Below are positions 19,221-28,654 of a stretch of DNA of 64,000 nt, piece after piece. Numbering within the stretch: the stretch's first letter is position 1; each line of letters begins with the position of its first letter. Made by a program: the position numbers and the translations under genes. The notes under the pieces are model-generated. The model saw only the letters and a program-made list of their open reading frames with translations, made no database searches and was not told the origin of the DNA. Origin of the DNA: an uncultured delta proteobacterium (GTDB lineage: Bacteria; Myxococcota; Kuafuiibacteriia; Kuafuiibacteriales; Kuafuiibacteriaceae); assembly GCA_963803435.1 (NCBI GenBank), contig CAWDML010000005.1, positions 224,001 through 288,000 on the forward strand, read 5' to 3'.

Positions 19221-21404
19221 TCAGGTCAGCGACAGCGGAAGCTCCCGGAGCCGGCGGCCCGAGGCCGCGAAGACCGCGTTGGCGACGGCCGGCGCGATCA
19301 CCGGAACACCCGGTTCCCCGACGCCCGTCGGCGCCGCCTCGCTCGGGATGACGAGCGTTTCGATCCGCGGCGTCTCGAACATGCGGAGTACCTGATAGTC
19401 GTGAAAGTTGGATTGCACGACCCTGCCCCCGTCGAGCGTGATCTTGCTCTTGAGCGCCGCCGAGAGGCCGAAGACGGCGGCGCTCTCCAGCTGCATGTGG
19501 ACGATGTCGGGGTTCACGACCTCGCCGCAGTCGATGCCGATAACGATCCGTCTGGGGAGGATCCGATCACCGTCGACCGAGACCTCGGCGACCGCGGCCG
19601 CATAGCTCTGGTAGGACTTGTTGCAGGCGACGCCGCGAAATACCTCTGGCGCCAGCGGTGAAGCCGAGGCTCTCCCCACCACCGCCTCGAGCACCGCGCG
19701 AAGGCGCGGCGAGCCTTGGAGCAGTCGCGTGCGGAACTCGACGGGGTCGCGGCCGGCGGCCTCGGCGAGCTCGTCGATGAACGTATCCATCACGAACGCG
19801 TTGATCGAGTGACCGACGGAGCGCCACGAGCCGATCGGTACCTCCACGTGCTGGCGGTAGTACTCCACGCGAAAGTCCGGGATTGCGTACTCGGTGTCTG
19901 CGCTTCCCTCGACGGACGTCGGATCGACGTACTTTCCGAAGATCCCGTTGGCCAGCGCGACGATCGAGGACATTCCGGGGAGCAGCGCGTCGGCGACCTC
20001 CGGAGCGAGGTACTCGTAGACGGACTGACACGCGACCTTGTGGATGATCCCCACCAGCTCACCCGATGCGTCCACCGCGCCCTCGATCTCGTGGTACGCA
20101 GCGGGGCGGAAGTTTCCGGAGCGGATGTCGTCCTCGCGGGACCAGATCAGCTTGATCGGCTTGCCGGTCGCCTTCGCGACCGTCACCGCTTCGGCCACGA
20201 AGTCCGAGCGGATGCGCCGCCCGAACCCGCCGCCGAGAAGCGTGCTGTTGACCGTCACGCGGCTGAGCGGGAGCTCGGCGATCTCGGCGGCGATCTTGCG
20301 CGCGATGCCGGGCACCTGAGAGCCGACCCAGACCTCGCATCGGCCGCCAGCGATCCGCACGGTGCAGTTCATCGGCTCCATCGGCGCGTGCGCCAGAAAC
20401 GGCATCGCATAGATCCCGGACCGGCGCTCGGCGGCCGCTGCCAGCTTCGCGGGCAGGTCGCCGCTCGAGCGGTGGGCGATCAAGCCGCCGCCGCTCGCCA
20501 GGTCGGTGCGGTACCGATCCCGGAGATCGCTGGAGGACACGCCCGCCATCGGGCCGTCGTCCCAGACCACCGACAGCGCGCGCGCTCCGTTCTGTGCCTC
20601 CCAGTAGCTGGTCGCCACCACCGCGACGCCGTGGCCGATGTTCACCACGTCCTCCACGCCGGGCGTCGCTCTCGCCGCGGTGTCGTCGAAGGAGCGTACG
20701 GTTCCGCCCACGACCGGGCTGCGAACCACCACCGCGATGCGGAGATCGGGGAGCTTCACGTCCATGCCGAAGACCGCCGTGCCGAACACCTTGGGCGCGG
20801 CGTCGAGACGATCGGCCGGCTTACCGATCCACTTGTACCGAGACGGCGGCTTGAGCGACGGCGGCAGGAGGATGAAGATCCGCGACGCCGCCTCGGCGAG
20901 CTCCTGGTACGTGGCGCTCCGGCCGTCCGTGTGGAGGATGCGCCCGTCGTCGGCCGTGACGTCGGCGAGCCCCGCGCGCCACCGGTTGGCGGCCGCGCGC
21001 CTCAGCTGCTCACGCGCGATCGCGCCGGCTCGGCGAAGCGGCAGCGAGTAGCGCCGCATGGTCTCGCTCCCGCCCGTGATCTGGACCGGAAGCCCGGGCG
21101 AGTGGAACTGCAGCTCACCCGGCGCCAGCTCCAGGTCGACCTTGCGCGGATCCAGATCGAGCTCCTCACACATCAGCGTGGCGAGGCCCGTCATCACGCC
21201 CTGGCCCATCTCGGCGGCGGCCACCGTGAAGACGATCCGATCGGAGGTGATCGTGAGCCAGACGTTCGGGTTGGAGAGCTGCGCCTCGCTCTCCGTCGCG
21301 GTGGGATCGCCGTCGGAGCAGGAGCTCACGAAGAGCTGGAAGAGGACGCCCCCACCCGCCGCGGCGCTCGTCCGCAGGAAGGCTCGCCGATCGAGCTCGA
21401 TCAT
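19221..21404 (-). CDS. iorB: Xanthine dehydrogenase family molybdopterin-binding subunit (isoquinoline 1-oxidoreductase beta type)
   Basis: Tat [45 protein letters not shown]. Confidence 0.92.
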   Translation of the reverse strand: MIELDRRAFLRTSAAAGGGVLFQLFVSSCSDGDPTATESEAQLSNPNVWLTITSDRIVFTVAAAEMGQGVMTGLATLMCEELDLDPRKVDLELAPGELQFHSPGLPVQITGGSETMRRYSLPLRRAGAIAREQLRRAAANRWRAGLADVTADDGRILHTDGRSATYQELAEAASRIFILLPPSLKPPSRYKWIGKPADRLDAAPKVFGTAVFGMDVKLPDLRIAVVVRSPVVGGTVRSFDDTAARATPGVEDVVNIGHGVAVVATSYWEAQNGARALSVVWDDGPMAGVSSSDLRDRYRTDLASGGGLIAHRSSGDLPAKLAAAAERRSGIYAMPFLAHAPMEPMNCTVRIAGGRCEVWVGSQVPGIARKIAAEIAELPLSRVTVNSTLLGGGFGRRIRSDFVAEAVTVAKATGKPIKLIWSREDDIRSGNFRPAAYHEIEGAVDASGELVGIIHKVACQSVYEYLAPEVADALLPGMSSIVALANGIFGKYVDPTSVEGSADTEYAIPDFRVEYYRQHVEVPIGSWRSVGHSINAFVMDTFIDELAEAAGRDPVEFRTRLLQGSPRLRAVLEAVVGRASASPLAPEVFRGVACNKSYQSYAAAVAEVSVDGDRILPRRIVIGIDCGEVVNPDIVHMQLESAAVFGLSAALKSKITLDGGRVVQSNFHDYQVLRMFETPRIETLVIPSEAAPTGVGEPGVPVIAPAVANAVFAASGRRLRELPLSLT

Positions 21405-21853
21405 GGCTCACCTGCCGCTCGGTGAATCGCGGAGCGGATGCGCTGATAGGTGCCGCACCGACAGATGTTGCCGCTCATCGCCACGTCGATCTCCTCGTCC
21501 GTGGGGGCCGCACGCTTCGCGAGCAACGCGCAGGCGCTCATGATCTGTCCGGCCTGACAGTACCCGCACTGGGGCACGTTCTCCGCGAGCCACGCCGACT
21601 GAACAAGATGGGGGGCCTCCGGTGTGCCGATCCCCTCGATGGTGGTGACCGATCGGCCCTCGACCGCGCGCATCGGCACGACGCAGCTGCGCATCGCGGT
21701 ACCGTCGAGGTGGACGGTGCAGGCTCCGCACCGCGCGATGCCGCATCCGAACTTCGTCCCGGTGAGCCCGAGGATGTCCCGGAGCACCCATAACAGCGGC
21801 ATGTCCGGCGAGGCGTCGACGTCCCTCACGACTCCGTTGACAGTGACGAGCAT
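21401..21853 (-). CDS. iorA: (2Fe-2S)-binding subunit
   Basis: [38 protein letters not shown]; overlaps the iorB start. Confidence 0.95.
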   Translation of the reverse strand: MLVTVNGVVRDVDASPDMPLLWVLRDILGLTGTKFGCGIARCGACTVHLDGTAMRSCVVPMRAVEGRSVTTIEGIGTPEAPHLVQSAWLAENVPQCGYCQAGQIMSACALLAKRAAPTDEEIDVAMSGNICRCGTYQRIRSAIHRAAGEP

Positions 21854-21867
21854 GGCTTCCTCCTTCT

Positions 21868-22416
21868 TCAGTTCGAACAGGGCGCGCCGAGGGCGACCCA
21901 CTCGTTCATCAGCGCCACCAGCGCCTCGTGGGTGATCGGGGGCGGCGTGCGCTCGCCGCCCGGATCGAACGCCCACAGCACCAGCGGATCCGTGTCCACG
22001 TGGTGGACGAGCTCCTCGAGAGAGCGTTGGCCGTTCTGCGCGGGATCCTGGAGGTCGGCGCAGAGCGCAGCCTCGGTCTTGCCCTGGAAGACCATCGGCG
22101 TAGCCGCAGGCGGCATGCGCCAGTGGGGCGCGCCGGGTGGCAGGTGGGCGCCGGGAAGCGCGCGGTCCTGGTGGCAGCTCGTGCAGCTGCCGCCGAGACT
22201 CTCGAAGATGCGTTTGATGTTCTGGTCGTGCGGCCGCGACTCGTCCCCCTGGAGCGGCGCATCGCCGGCCGGGTGGCAGTTCATGCAGCGCGGCGACTGG
22301 AGCACGCGAGCGATCTCGGGAAACGGATCGGCGGCCGTCTGTGACCGCGCCGGGCGCTGCCCCAGCACGCCGGCCACCAGAAGCACGACGAAGGCGATAC
22401 GAGCCGGCGTTCTCAC
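21868..22416 (-). CDS. Di-heme c-type cytochrome associated with IorAB
   Basis: Signal peptide and two CxxCH motifs (CMNCH, CTSCH). Confidence 0.85.
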   Translation of the reverse strand: MRTPARIAFVVLLVAGVLGQRPARSQTAADPFPEIARVLQSPRCMNCHPAGDAPLQGDESRPHDQNIKRIFESLGGSCTSCHQDRALPGAHLPPGAPHWRMPPAATPMVFQGKTEAALCADLQDPAQNGQRSLEELVHHVDTDPLVLWAFDPGGERTPPPITHEALVALMNEWVALGAPCSN

Positions 22417-22454
22417 GAGATGGACCCCCTTTTCCCGAGCGCGTTCATCAACGA

Positions 22455-22494
22455 TTTGGTAGATGTACCAAACGGATTTGGTACTGCTACCAAA
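22455..22494. promoter_or_regulatory. Tandem palindromic operator TTTGGTA-N4-TACCAAA x2
   Basis: Palindromes at 22455-22472 and 22477-22494, AT-rich, about 40 nt upstream of the cytochrome-iorAB operon. Confidence 0.75.
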
Positions 22495-23142
22495 ACACGA
22501 GAACGGGCGTCAATACGCTCTCGGGAGAGCGGACGATCAGGGCCGACTCGCGTCCGAACAGCCTCTCAACGGCACCAGACTGTGGGATCAGCTTCGATTT
22601 CGGTTGAAGATATTGACCTTGGTGAAGTTGTCGTCGCGCGCCTGAGGCCATCTCCGGCGTCGGAGCCTTTGGGAGCTGATCGCGGAGCGCCTCGACGGTA
22701 ACCGGCGCCTCCGGCTGAGCGAACGGATCGAGCCCGGTGTTTGCGGGCTGGTCTCGCGTCGTGGGTTCGGTCCCGCCGAGCAGCGGTGCGCTTCGATCGG
22801 GGCCGCCGCCGAGCTTTTGGACCATGCGACTTCCACTGATCAATGACCGTACCAGCCACGATCCCTCGGCCGATTCGCTTCGGTGCCAGGTTGAGTCAAC
22901 AGGACTGCCCAATGGCGCCACCGGATCGACCTGGATAGGCGGCAGCTCGCGGGGATCGTTCGAACGTGTCAACAGCGGTTCGCGTTCAGCGCGAGCGCGC
23001 GCGCGTAGCGGCACGGTTTCTCTGGCCTGAGCGGATCGACTGCAACCTATCCTGCATTTCCGGATCGGATCGAGGCCTCGCGTGACAACATCGAGGCACG
23101 CACTCTCGAGCTCGGATCGCGCGCCCGTGCCAAGAGATAGTA

Positions 23143-23171
23143 TTGACTTTGAATCTGACCTGCCCTACTTT
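23143..23171 (+). promoter_or_regulatory. sigma70-type promoter
   Basis: TTGACT-N17-TACTTT upstream of the methyltransferase. Confidence 0.55.
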
Positions 23172-23197
23172 CCCGGCCCTCTCCCTGGGATGCTGTC

Positions 23198-24277
23198 GTG
23201 AGTTTAGAAGTTACAAAGTTGAGGCGACTTGCCCTAGGAATTCCTATCCCTGTGGACGCCGTGACCACACATGAGTCGACGCGGGCCGCACTCGGCAGCT
23301 GTGAGTATGCGCGGATCGCGGAGTGTGTGAATGGCTTCGCCCTGAGCCACGCGCTTTTCACCTTCGCGCACTCGCGGCTGCTCGAAACTCTCCGGGCCGA
23401 TGGCGAGATCGCCGTGCGGAGAGCCGCGGAGCAGCACGGTTACGACGTGGAGATGGCCATCGGGCTCCTGCGGTATCTCGCGACCCAGGGCCTCCTCGTC
23501 GAGGCCAACGATCACGTGTTCTACGCCTCTCCGCGAGGGGACGCGGCGTTCTCGACAGCGAGCGTCGCTCTGATCACGTTCTTCGTCGGCGGCTACGGTC
23601 CGCTGATGCGGGACGCCGGAAAGCTCCTCGACGGCTCACTGAAGTACGGCCGAGACGTGACGCGCTCGAGCCGATTCGTCGCCCTGGGCTCGAGCATCTC
23701 CACCTCCGAGATCATCGACGACGTCCCGAGGACGGTCCTTCAGATGCTCGGCGTCAAGACGATCGCCGACCTCGGCTGCGGCGCAGGGCGGTTCATGGTC
23801 AGCTTCCTCCAGCAATCGCCCGAACACCGAGCGATCGGCGTCGACATTTCCGAGGAGGCGATCGCCGAGGCTGCGGCGGCCTGCGAAGCGGCGGGCGTCG
23901 GCGATCGCGCGTCGTTCTGGCGCGGAGACGGGTTCGACCTCGATTTCCTGCGAAGCCGATGCTCCGAGGTCGACGCCTTCTACTCGTTCGCGATGGAGCA
24001 CGAGTGCTTGCGAGCCGGTGAGGATGCGGTGATCCAGCATATCGACGGGATGGCGGAGCGCTTCCCGGGGAAACGTTATCTGCTCGGAGAACCACGCTTG
24101 CTGATGAGTGAGCTCGGCGGTCCTTTCTATTGGCTGCATATGCTCTCCGAGCAAGGACTACCTCGAGATGTCCCGGGCTGGTGCTCGCTACTCTCGAAAC
24201 TAACTCGAGCAAAGCTCGAGCATGTCTATGTACCCGACCATCGCAGTTGGGGCATGTATTACAACATCCAACTTTAA
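23198..24277 (+). CDS. Class I SAM-dependent methyltransferase, MppJ/MrsA-like (start may be 23252 or 23261)
   Basis: N-terminal dimerisation/wHTH part, ADLGCGAG, GVDIS, His pair FAMEH and YWLH. Confidence 0.8.
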   Translation: MSLEVTKLRRLALGIPIPVDAVTTHESTRAALGSCEYARIAECVNGFALSHALFTFAHSRLLETLRADGEIAVRRAAEQHGYDVEMAIGLLRYLATQGLLVEANDHVFYASPRGDAAFSTASVALITFFVGGYGPLMRDAGKLLDGSLKYGRDVTRSSRFVALGSSISTSEIIDDVPRTVLQMLGVKTIADLGCGAGRFMVSFLQQSPEHRAIGVDISEEAIAEAAAACEAAGVGDRASFWRGDGFDLDFLRSRCSEVDAFYSFAMEHECLRAGEDAVIQHIDGMAERFPGKRYLLGEPRLLMSELGGPFYWLHMLSEQGLPRDVPGWCSLLSKLTRAKLEHVYVPDHRSWGMYYNIQL

Positions 24278-24301
24278 CGACTTCTCGGTGGGGTGTCGTG
24301 C

Positions 24302-25426
24302 ATGACGGTCAATACAGAATCGAGCGAGCTTTCCAGAACCACGGTTGCTGAAGCAGAGGCGTTGGAGCGAGAGTTCGCGAGGCTCCACATCTATCCGCTG
24401 TGGATGTATCCGGACCAGCTCGCCGAGGCTCCCAACGCCCGCGCGGTCCCCCACATCTGGCGTTATGAGGAGTTCATTCCCAAGATCAAACGTCTCGTCG
24501 AGCTCCATGCTGACCGGGGATGGGCTGGCAAGCGGCGACCCTTCATGCTCCTGAATCCCGGGCTCCCCGAGCAACCCTTCGCCACCACCGACACGCTCTC
24601 TGCGACGATCCATGTGCTCCAGCGCGGTTCCATCGGGGTTGCGCACCGTCATACGTATCGCGCGATCCGCTTCATCATCGAGGGCAAGGGGACAGTCAGC
24701 CAGACCAACAGCGGAGACCGCCTCTTCGTGGAGAAAGGCGATCTGTTGATCGATCCGGCGTGGGAGCCGCACGACCAGGTCCACCACGACAGACCCGGTG
24801 ACCAGGACATCTACTGGATGGACGCAACCGATGGCCCGATGGTGATCAACTTCGGCGTCTTCTTCTTCCAGAACATGCCGAACGAGCTCCTGAAGATAAA
24901 GGGCGAGGACATCTCGGTTCGCCGGTACGGAAACGGCCTGCTCAGGCCGGCCGCGGAGAAGCACGACCGCGTTGGATCCACCCCAGTGTGGAAGTATCGC
25001 TGGGAGCACACCATCAACGCGCTGGAGAACTTGGCGGAGATGGACAGCGGCACGCCGTACGACGACATCATCGTCGAGTACAACAATCCGATGACCGGTG
25101 GACCCGTGCATGTGACCTTCTCTTGCTTGATGCAGATGCTGAGACCGGGCTGTCACACCAAGGCCCATCGCCACGTGGCGAGCGCCGTCTATCAGGTGGT
25201 GCAGGGCAAGGGCGCAACCGTGATGAACGGGAAGAAGTTCTCCTGGAAAGCCGGGGACTACCTCGCGCTCCCCGCGTGGACGTGGCACGAGCACATGAAC
25301 CTCGGCGAGGAGCCGGCGCTCCTCTTCTCCATCAGCGATCAACCGGTCATGGAGATGCTCGGCTACTACAAGGAGCAGAGCTTCCCGGAGAACGACGGCC
25401 ACCAGCCGATCATCGAGTCGGTCTGA
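24302..25426 (+). CDS. Gentisate 1,2-dioxygenase-family bicupin
   Basis: LLNPGL, AHRHTYRAIRFIIEG, TKAHRHVASAVYQVVQGKG, LPAWTWHEH. Confidence 0.88.
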   Translation: MTVNTESSELSRTTVAEAEALEREFARLHIYPLWMYPDQLAEAPNARAVPHIWRYEEFIPKIKRLVELHADRGWAGKRRPFMLLNPGLPEQPFATTDTLSATIHVLQRGSIGVAHRHTYRAIRFIIEGKGTVSQTNSGDRLFVEKGDLLIDPAWEPHDQVHHDRPGDQDIYWMDATDGPMVINFGVFFFQNMPNELLKIKGEDISVRRYGNGLLRPAAEKHDRVGSTPVWKYRWEHTINALENLAEMDSGTPYDDIIVEYNNPMTGGPVHVTFSCLMQMLRPGCHTKAHRHVASAVYQVVQGKGATVMNGKKFSWKAGDYLALPAWTWHEHMNLGEEPALLFSISDQPVMEMLGYYKEQSFPENDGHQPIIESV

Positions 25427-25499
25427 GCGACGATCTCGAGTCTGCAGCCTCTTCGAGCTCCGTCCCCGAACCCGTGGCCGGCCTGGCGCGACGGTGCGG

Positions 25500-26318
25500 C
25501 TACGCCACCGGAACGAAGACCCGAAAGAGGCGCCCTTCGGGATCGGGGTGGCCGCCGAAGTTGGTGCCCCACCCGCCGGTGGTTTGGCTCCGGTTGTCGT
25601 AGGAGAGCTCGGTACCGTCGCCCTTGGCGATGGCGATGTGGCCGTGCTCCCGGACGCCGCCCGATCAATCGCCGGCGACGCCGCCCCAGACCACGACCGC
25701 GCCGCGCGGCAGTTGTTGGAGCTGATCGCGCGAGACCGAGACCTCCTGGAAGCTCGAGCTGTTGGCGAGGTAGTCGGCCCACTGGTGAGCGCTGCGAAAG
25801 GCGACGTTGCCCGGCACCAGCCCGGCGGCCGCCAGGGCCTGCCGGACGTAGGTGGCGCACTTGCCCTTGTCGCTCGGCTTGAGCCGCTCCTCCGCGATCG
25901 CGGCCAGTCGATCGCCGCTGCCTCCGCTGGGGACGCCGGCGAGCGGCGCTGGGGGAGCGGTCGAGGCGGGCGATCTCTCGGGGTTCGTCGCCTGCGCCCC
26001 ATGGGGTCGGCCCCCGCTCGAGACGCCCTGGGGCGTCCCGGGCGAGCGGCCGAGCCTCCCCAGCGGGCGTCCCGGGCGCCGGTCCTGCTGCTCCTCCGCC
26101 CACATGACCAGCAGCGCCATCAGATCGGCGCTCGTCAGCTCGCTGAAGCTCGGCGATCCGAACCGCTGCAGCAGATCGCCGAGCTCGGGCGGCGGCGCCG
26201 GAGATCCGATCAGGTCGAGCTCGCTGGTCGGTGGGCGTGGCTCATCGAGCGACGGCGCCTCGAGCGCGAGCATCATCATCCGGAGCTCGTTGGGAGCGAA
26301 CAGGTCGACTCGAGTCAT
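25500..26318 (-). pseudogene. CHAP/NlpC-P60-like peptidoglycan hydrolase with an in-frame TGA at 25665-25667
   Basis: KCATYVRQAL (Cys) and LPRGAVVVW lie before the stop. The same frame continues SGGVREHGHIAIAKGDG (His) to TAG at 25500. Confidence 0.7.
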
Positions 26319-26371
26319 CTCGAGAAGACGATGCGGGCACGAGCATCCCTGGCGCAGTTACCGGTCGGCCG

Positions 26372-26410
26372 TAACCGTCCGCCGCGTCCGATTTAACCGG
26401 CATTTAACCG
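26372..26410. promoter_or_regulatory. 11-bp-phased TAACCG direct repeats
   Basis: TAACCG at 26372, 26394 and 26405 (ATTTAACCG twice), upstream of the 26318 gene. Confidence 0.45.
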
Positions 26411-26452
26411 ATCGCCAGCCGCGATCCGCGGCCACCTGATCGACCGTCGGAA

Positions 26453-28408
26453 TCAGGTCCCTCCACCGAGCGGGAGCACCAGAGTGAAGGTTGCCCCTTG
26501 GCCGGGCACGCTGGTGGCGCGGATCTCACCGTTGTGAGTCTGCATGATCTGATAGCAGATCGAGAGCCCAAGACCGGTTCCGACGCGGACGCCCTTGGTG
26601 GTGAAGCCGGGGTCGAAGATCCGCCCCAGGCTCTCCGGAGGAATACCGATGCCGGTGTCGCTGATGGTGACGTGGGCCGCGCCGCTCTCGACCGAGGTGC
26701 GGATCGTGATGGTCCCCTTCTCAGGAATCGCCTGGGCGGCGTTCATCAAGAGATTGAGGAACACCTGGTTGAGCTGTCCAGGGTGGCAGGTGACCTCGGG
26801 GAGCGCGCCATAGTCTTTGACGACGGTGATGCGACCTTTGATTTGATGTTGGATCAGGATCAGCGAGTCCTCGAGACCTTGATGCAGGTCGACGCTTTTC
26901 AGCTCGGCTTCGTCGAGGCGAGCAAACGAACGGAGGCGGCGCACCAAGGTGGTCACGCGCTCACCGCCGGTGGCGATCACCTTGTTCGCGTCGACGATGA
27001 CCCGGAGCATTGCGTCGACCTTGGGGCGGGCCACGACCTCGGGGCCGAGCTCTTTGCGGAGCTTCTGGTCGACCCGGGCCAGCGAGTCGCGAAGGCCGAA
27101 GATCGCACCGATCGGTGTGTTGATCTCGTGGGCGATTCCGGCGACGAGCTGGCCCAGCGAAGCCATCTTCTCTGATTGTATCAGCTGGGCCTGGGTGTCC
27201 TTGACCTGGCGATGAGCGACCTCGAGCTCCGCGAGCAGCTGCTCGTTACGCGAAACTCGCAGGGCCAGGTAGACCGACGAGCACGCGAGCAGGACCCAAA
27301 ACCCGGTCATCCAGAGGAAGTCGGGGGCCACGAGTGACGGCACGACGTTCAACGACTGAAGTGCGTCCCCGATCCCGGTCGCGACCGAGGCGGCACCGCC
27401 GATCCCGATCAGCCAGGCGCCACTTACACGCCGCACGATCGCAGCGACGATCACGCGGAGCTGCTCGGCCAAGGCCGCGATGGCAAACAAGAGGATCGCC
27501 GCGTCTCCGACGCGGTTGTTGAGCACAACCAACAGCGCGGCCGCCGCCACGAAGCCCCAGAATTGCCACGGCGTCCTCCGCTCGAAGATCTCGTAGAAAA
27601 AGCGCAGCCCGAAGAGCGCCATGCAGGTGATGGCGGCGGCTGAGATCATCCCGAAGGACGCCATTCCGTCGATGGTCTGGGCGTCGTCTTGAAGATACGA
27701 GGACAGGGGCGACACGCCCATCGCCAAGGCCAGGAGCGCGAAGAACAGATGCCCTCGCTCCTTGCGCTGAAAGGCGTAGAGAAAGGCGTGAAGCAGCGCG
27801 AGGATCAGCGCGCTGCCGGCGAAGAACATGGCCGCGGAGTCGGCGCGGCGCAGGCGAGCGCTCATGATCGCGATCGAGCGTCGATCGCCGGCGAGGAGCG
27901 TGAAGCCGGGTTCCTCACCGGCTTGATGAAACCGCTCGGCATCGGGGGACGTGATCGCGGTCCGAATCGCATAGACATGCCGGCCGGGCGTTCGGAGCTC
28001 GATGTTCTGGGCGGGTAGGGCTCTCAGGTGGACGTCGGTGCGCACGTCGTCGACCGCAGCGGTGACATCACCGAGGCGCGCCCGTAGCACGCCGTCTTCG
28101 TAGAGCTCGGTGGCGAGCTGGGTGGTCAGGGCGAGGTGCTCACCCCTCGCGATCACCTCGGGCGCGACGTCCAGAGCCACCCGGAACCAGCCCTGACGGT
28201 AGGGTCTGGGCATCAACACGCCGCGGTCGCCGCCGACAATCTGCCAGTGCGAGTCGTCGAAGCCCGGCGACGCGAACGCCGGCTGGTCACCCTCGTGAAA
28301 GCGCCACTCGCCGGAGATCACCGTGTAGCCCATGTGCACCCGGGGCGTCGTGCTCGTGAGCGCAAAGGGCGTCGCGGCAGCCAAGACCAGGCCGAGCGCA
28401 GTCAGCAC
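26453..28408 (-). CDS. Membrane sensor histidine kinase (sugar-binding-like domain, ~7 TM, HisKA, HATPase); start approximate
   Basis: GEWRFHEGD...DDSHW, TM helices, LGQLVAGIAHEINTP, NLLMNA, DTGIG, FTTK, GTGLGL. Confidence 0.9.
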   Translation of the reverse strand: MLTALGLVLAAATPFALTSTTPRVHMGYTVISGEWRFHEGDQPAFASPGFDDSHWQIVGGDRGVLMPRPYRQGWFRVALDVAPEVIARGEHLALTTQLATELYEDGVLRARLGDVTAAVDDVRTDVHLRALPAQNIELRTPGRHVYAIRTAITSPDAERFHQAGEEPGFTLLAGDRRSIAIMSARLRRADSAAMFFAGSALILALLHAFLYAFQRKERGHLFFALLALAMGVSPLSSYLQDDAQTIDGMASFGMISAAAITCMALFGLRFFYEIFERRTPWQFWGFVAAAALLVVLNNRVGDAAILLFAIAALAEQLRVIVAAIVRRVSGAWLIGIGGAASVATGIGDALQSLNVVPSLVAPDFLWMTGFWVLLACSSVYLALRVSRNEQLLAELEVAHRQVKDTQAQLIQSEKMASLGQLVAGIAHEINTPIGAIFGLRDSLARVDQKLRKELGPEVVARPKVDAMLRVIVDANKVIATGGERVTTLVRRLRSFARLDEAELKSVDLHQGLEDSLILIQHQIKGRITVVKDYGALPEVTCHPGQLNQVFLNLLMNAAQAIPEKGTITIRTSVESGAAHVTISDTGIGIPPESLGRIFDPGFTTKGVRVGTGLGLSICYQIMQTHNGEIRATSVPGQGATFTLVLPLGGGT

Positions 28409-28654
28409 GCTGCGAGCCCTATCACCGAGGCTCCGAGCCTGCCACTGCTTGAACTTGCCCCGGCCCTTGCCCACAGAGCGACGATCCGGATCGAGCTCAG
28501 CGGTCAAATCGCACCGTCGACGCGTGGAGCTTGGGCTGTTGGGTGCCGTGCTTTCCGCTCTGAGCCGGAAGCCTGGGAGCGCGGTCCTGGTGCGAGGGCC
28601 TACAGCCGAAAACTTGAGTCGTACACTCGAGCGGTGCGATTGTCCGCGCACCGT

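Noticed and set aside
22487-23014. 175-aa minus-strand ORF
   Set aside because: It runs into the palindromic operator and has no motifs. A shorter frameshifted gene from ATG 22825 is possible but unsupported.
25665-25667. TGA as selenocysteine
   Set aside because: It is not at the catalytic Cys position and I could not identify a convincing SECIS hairpin.
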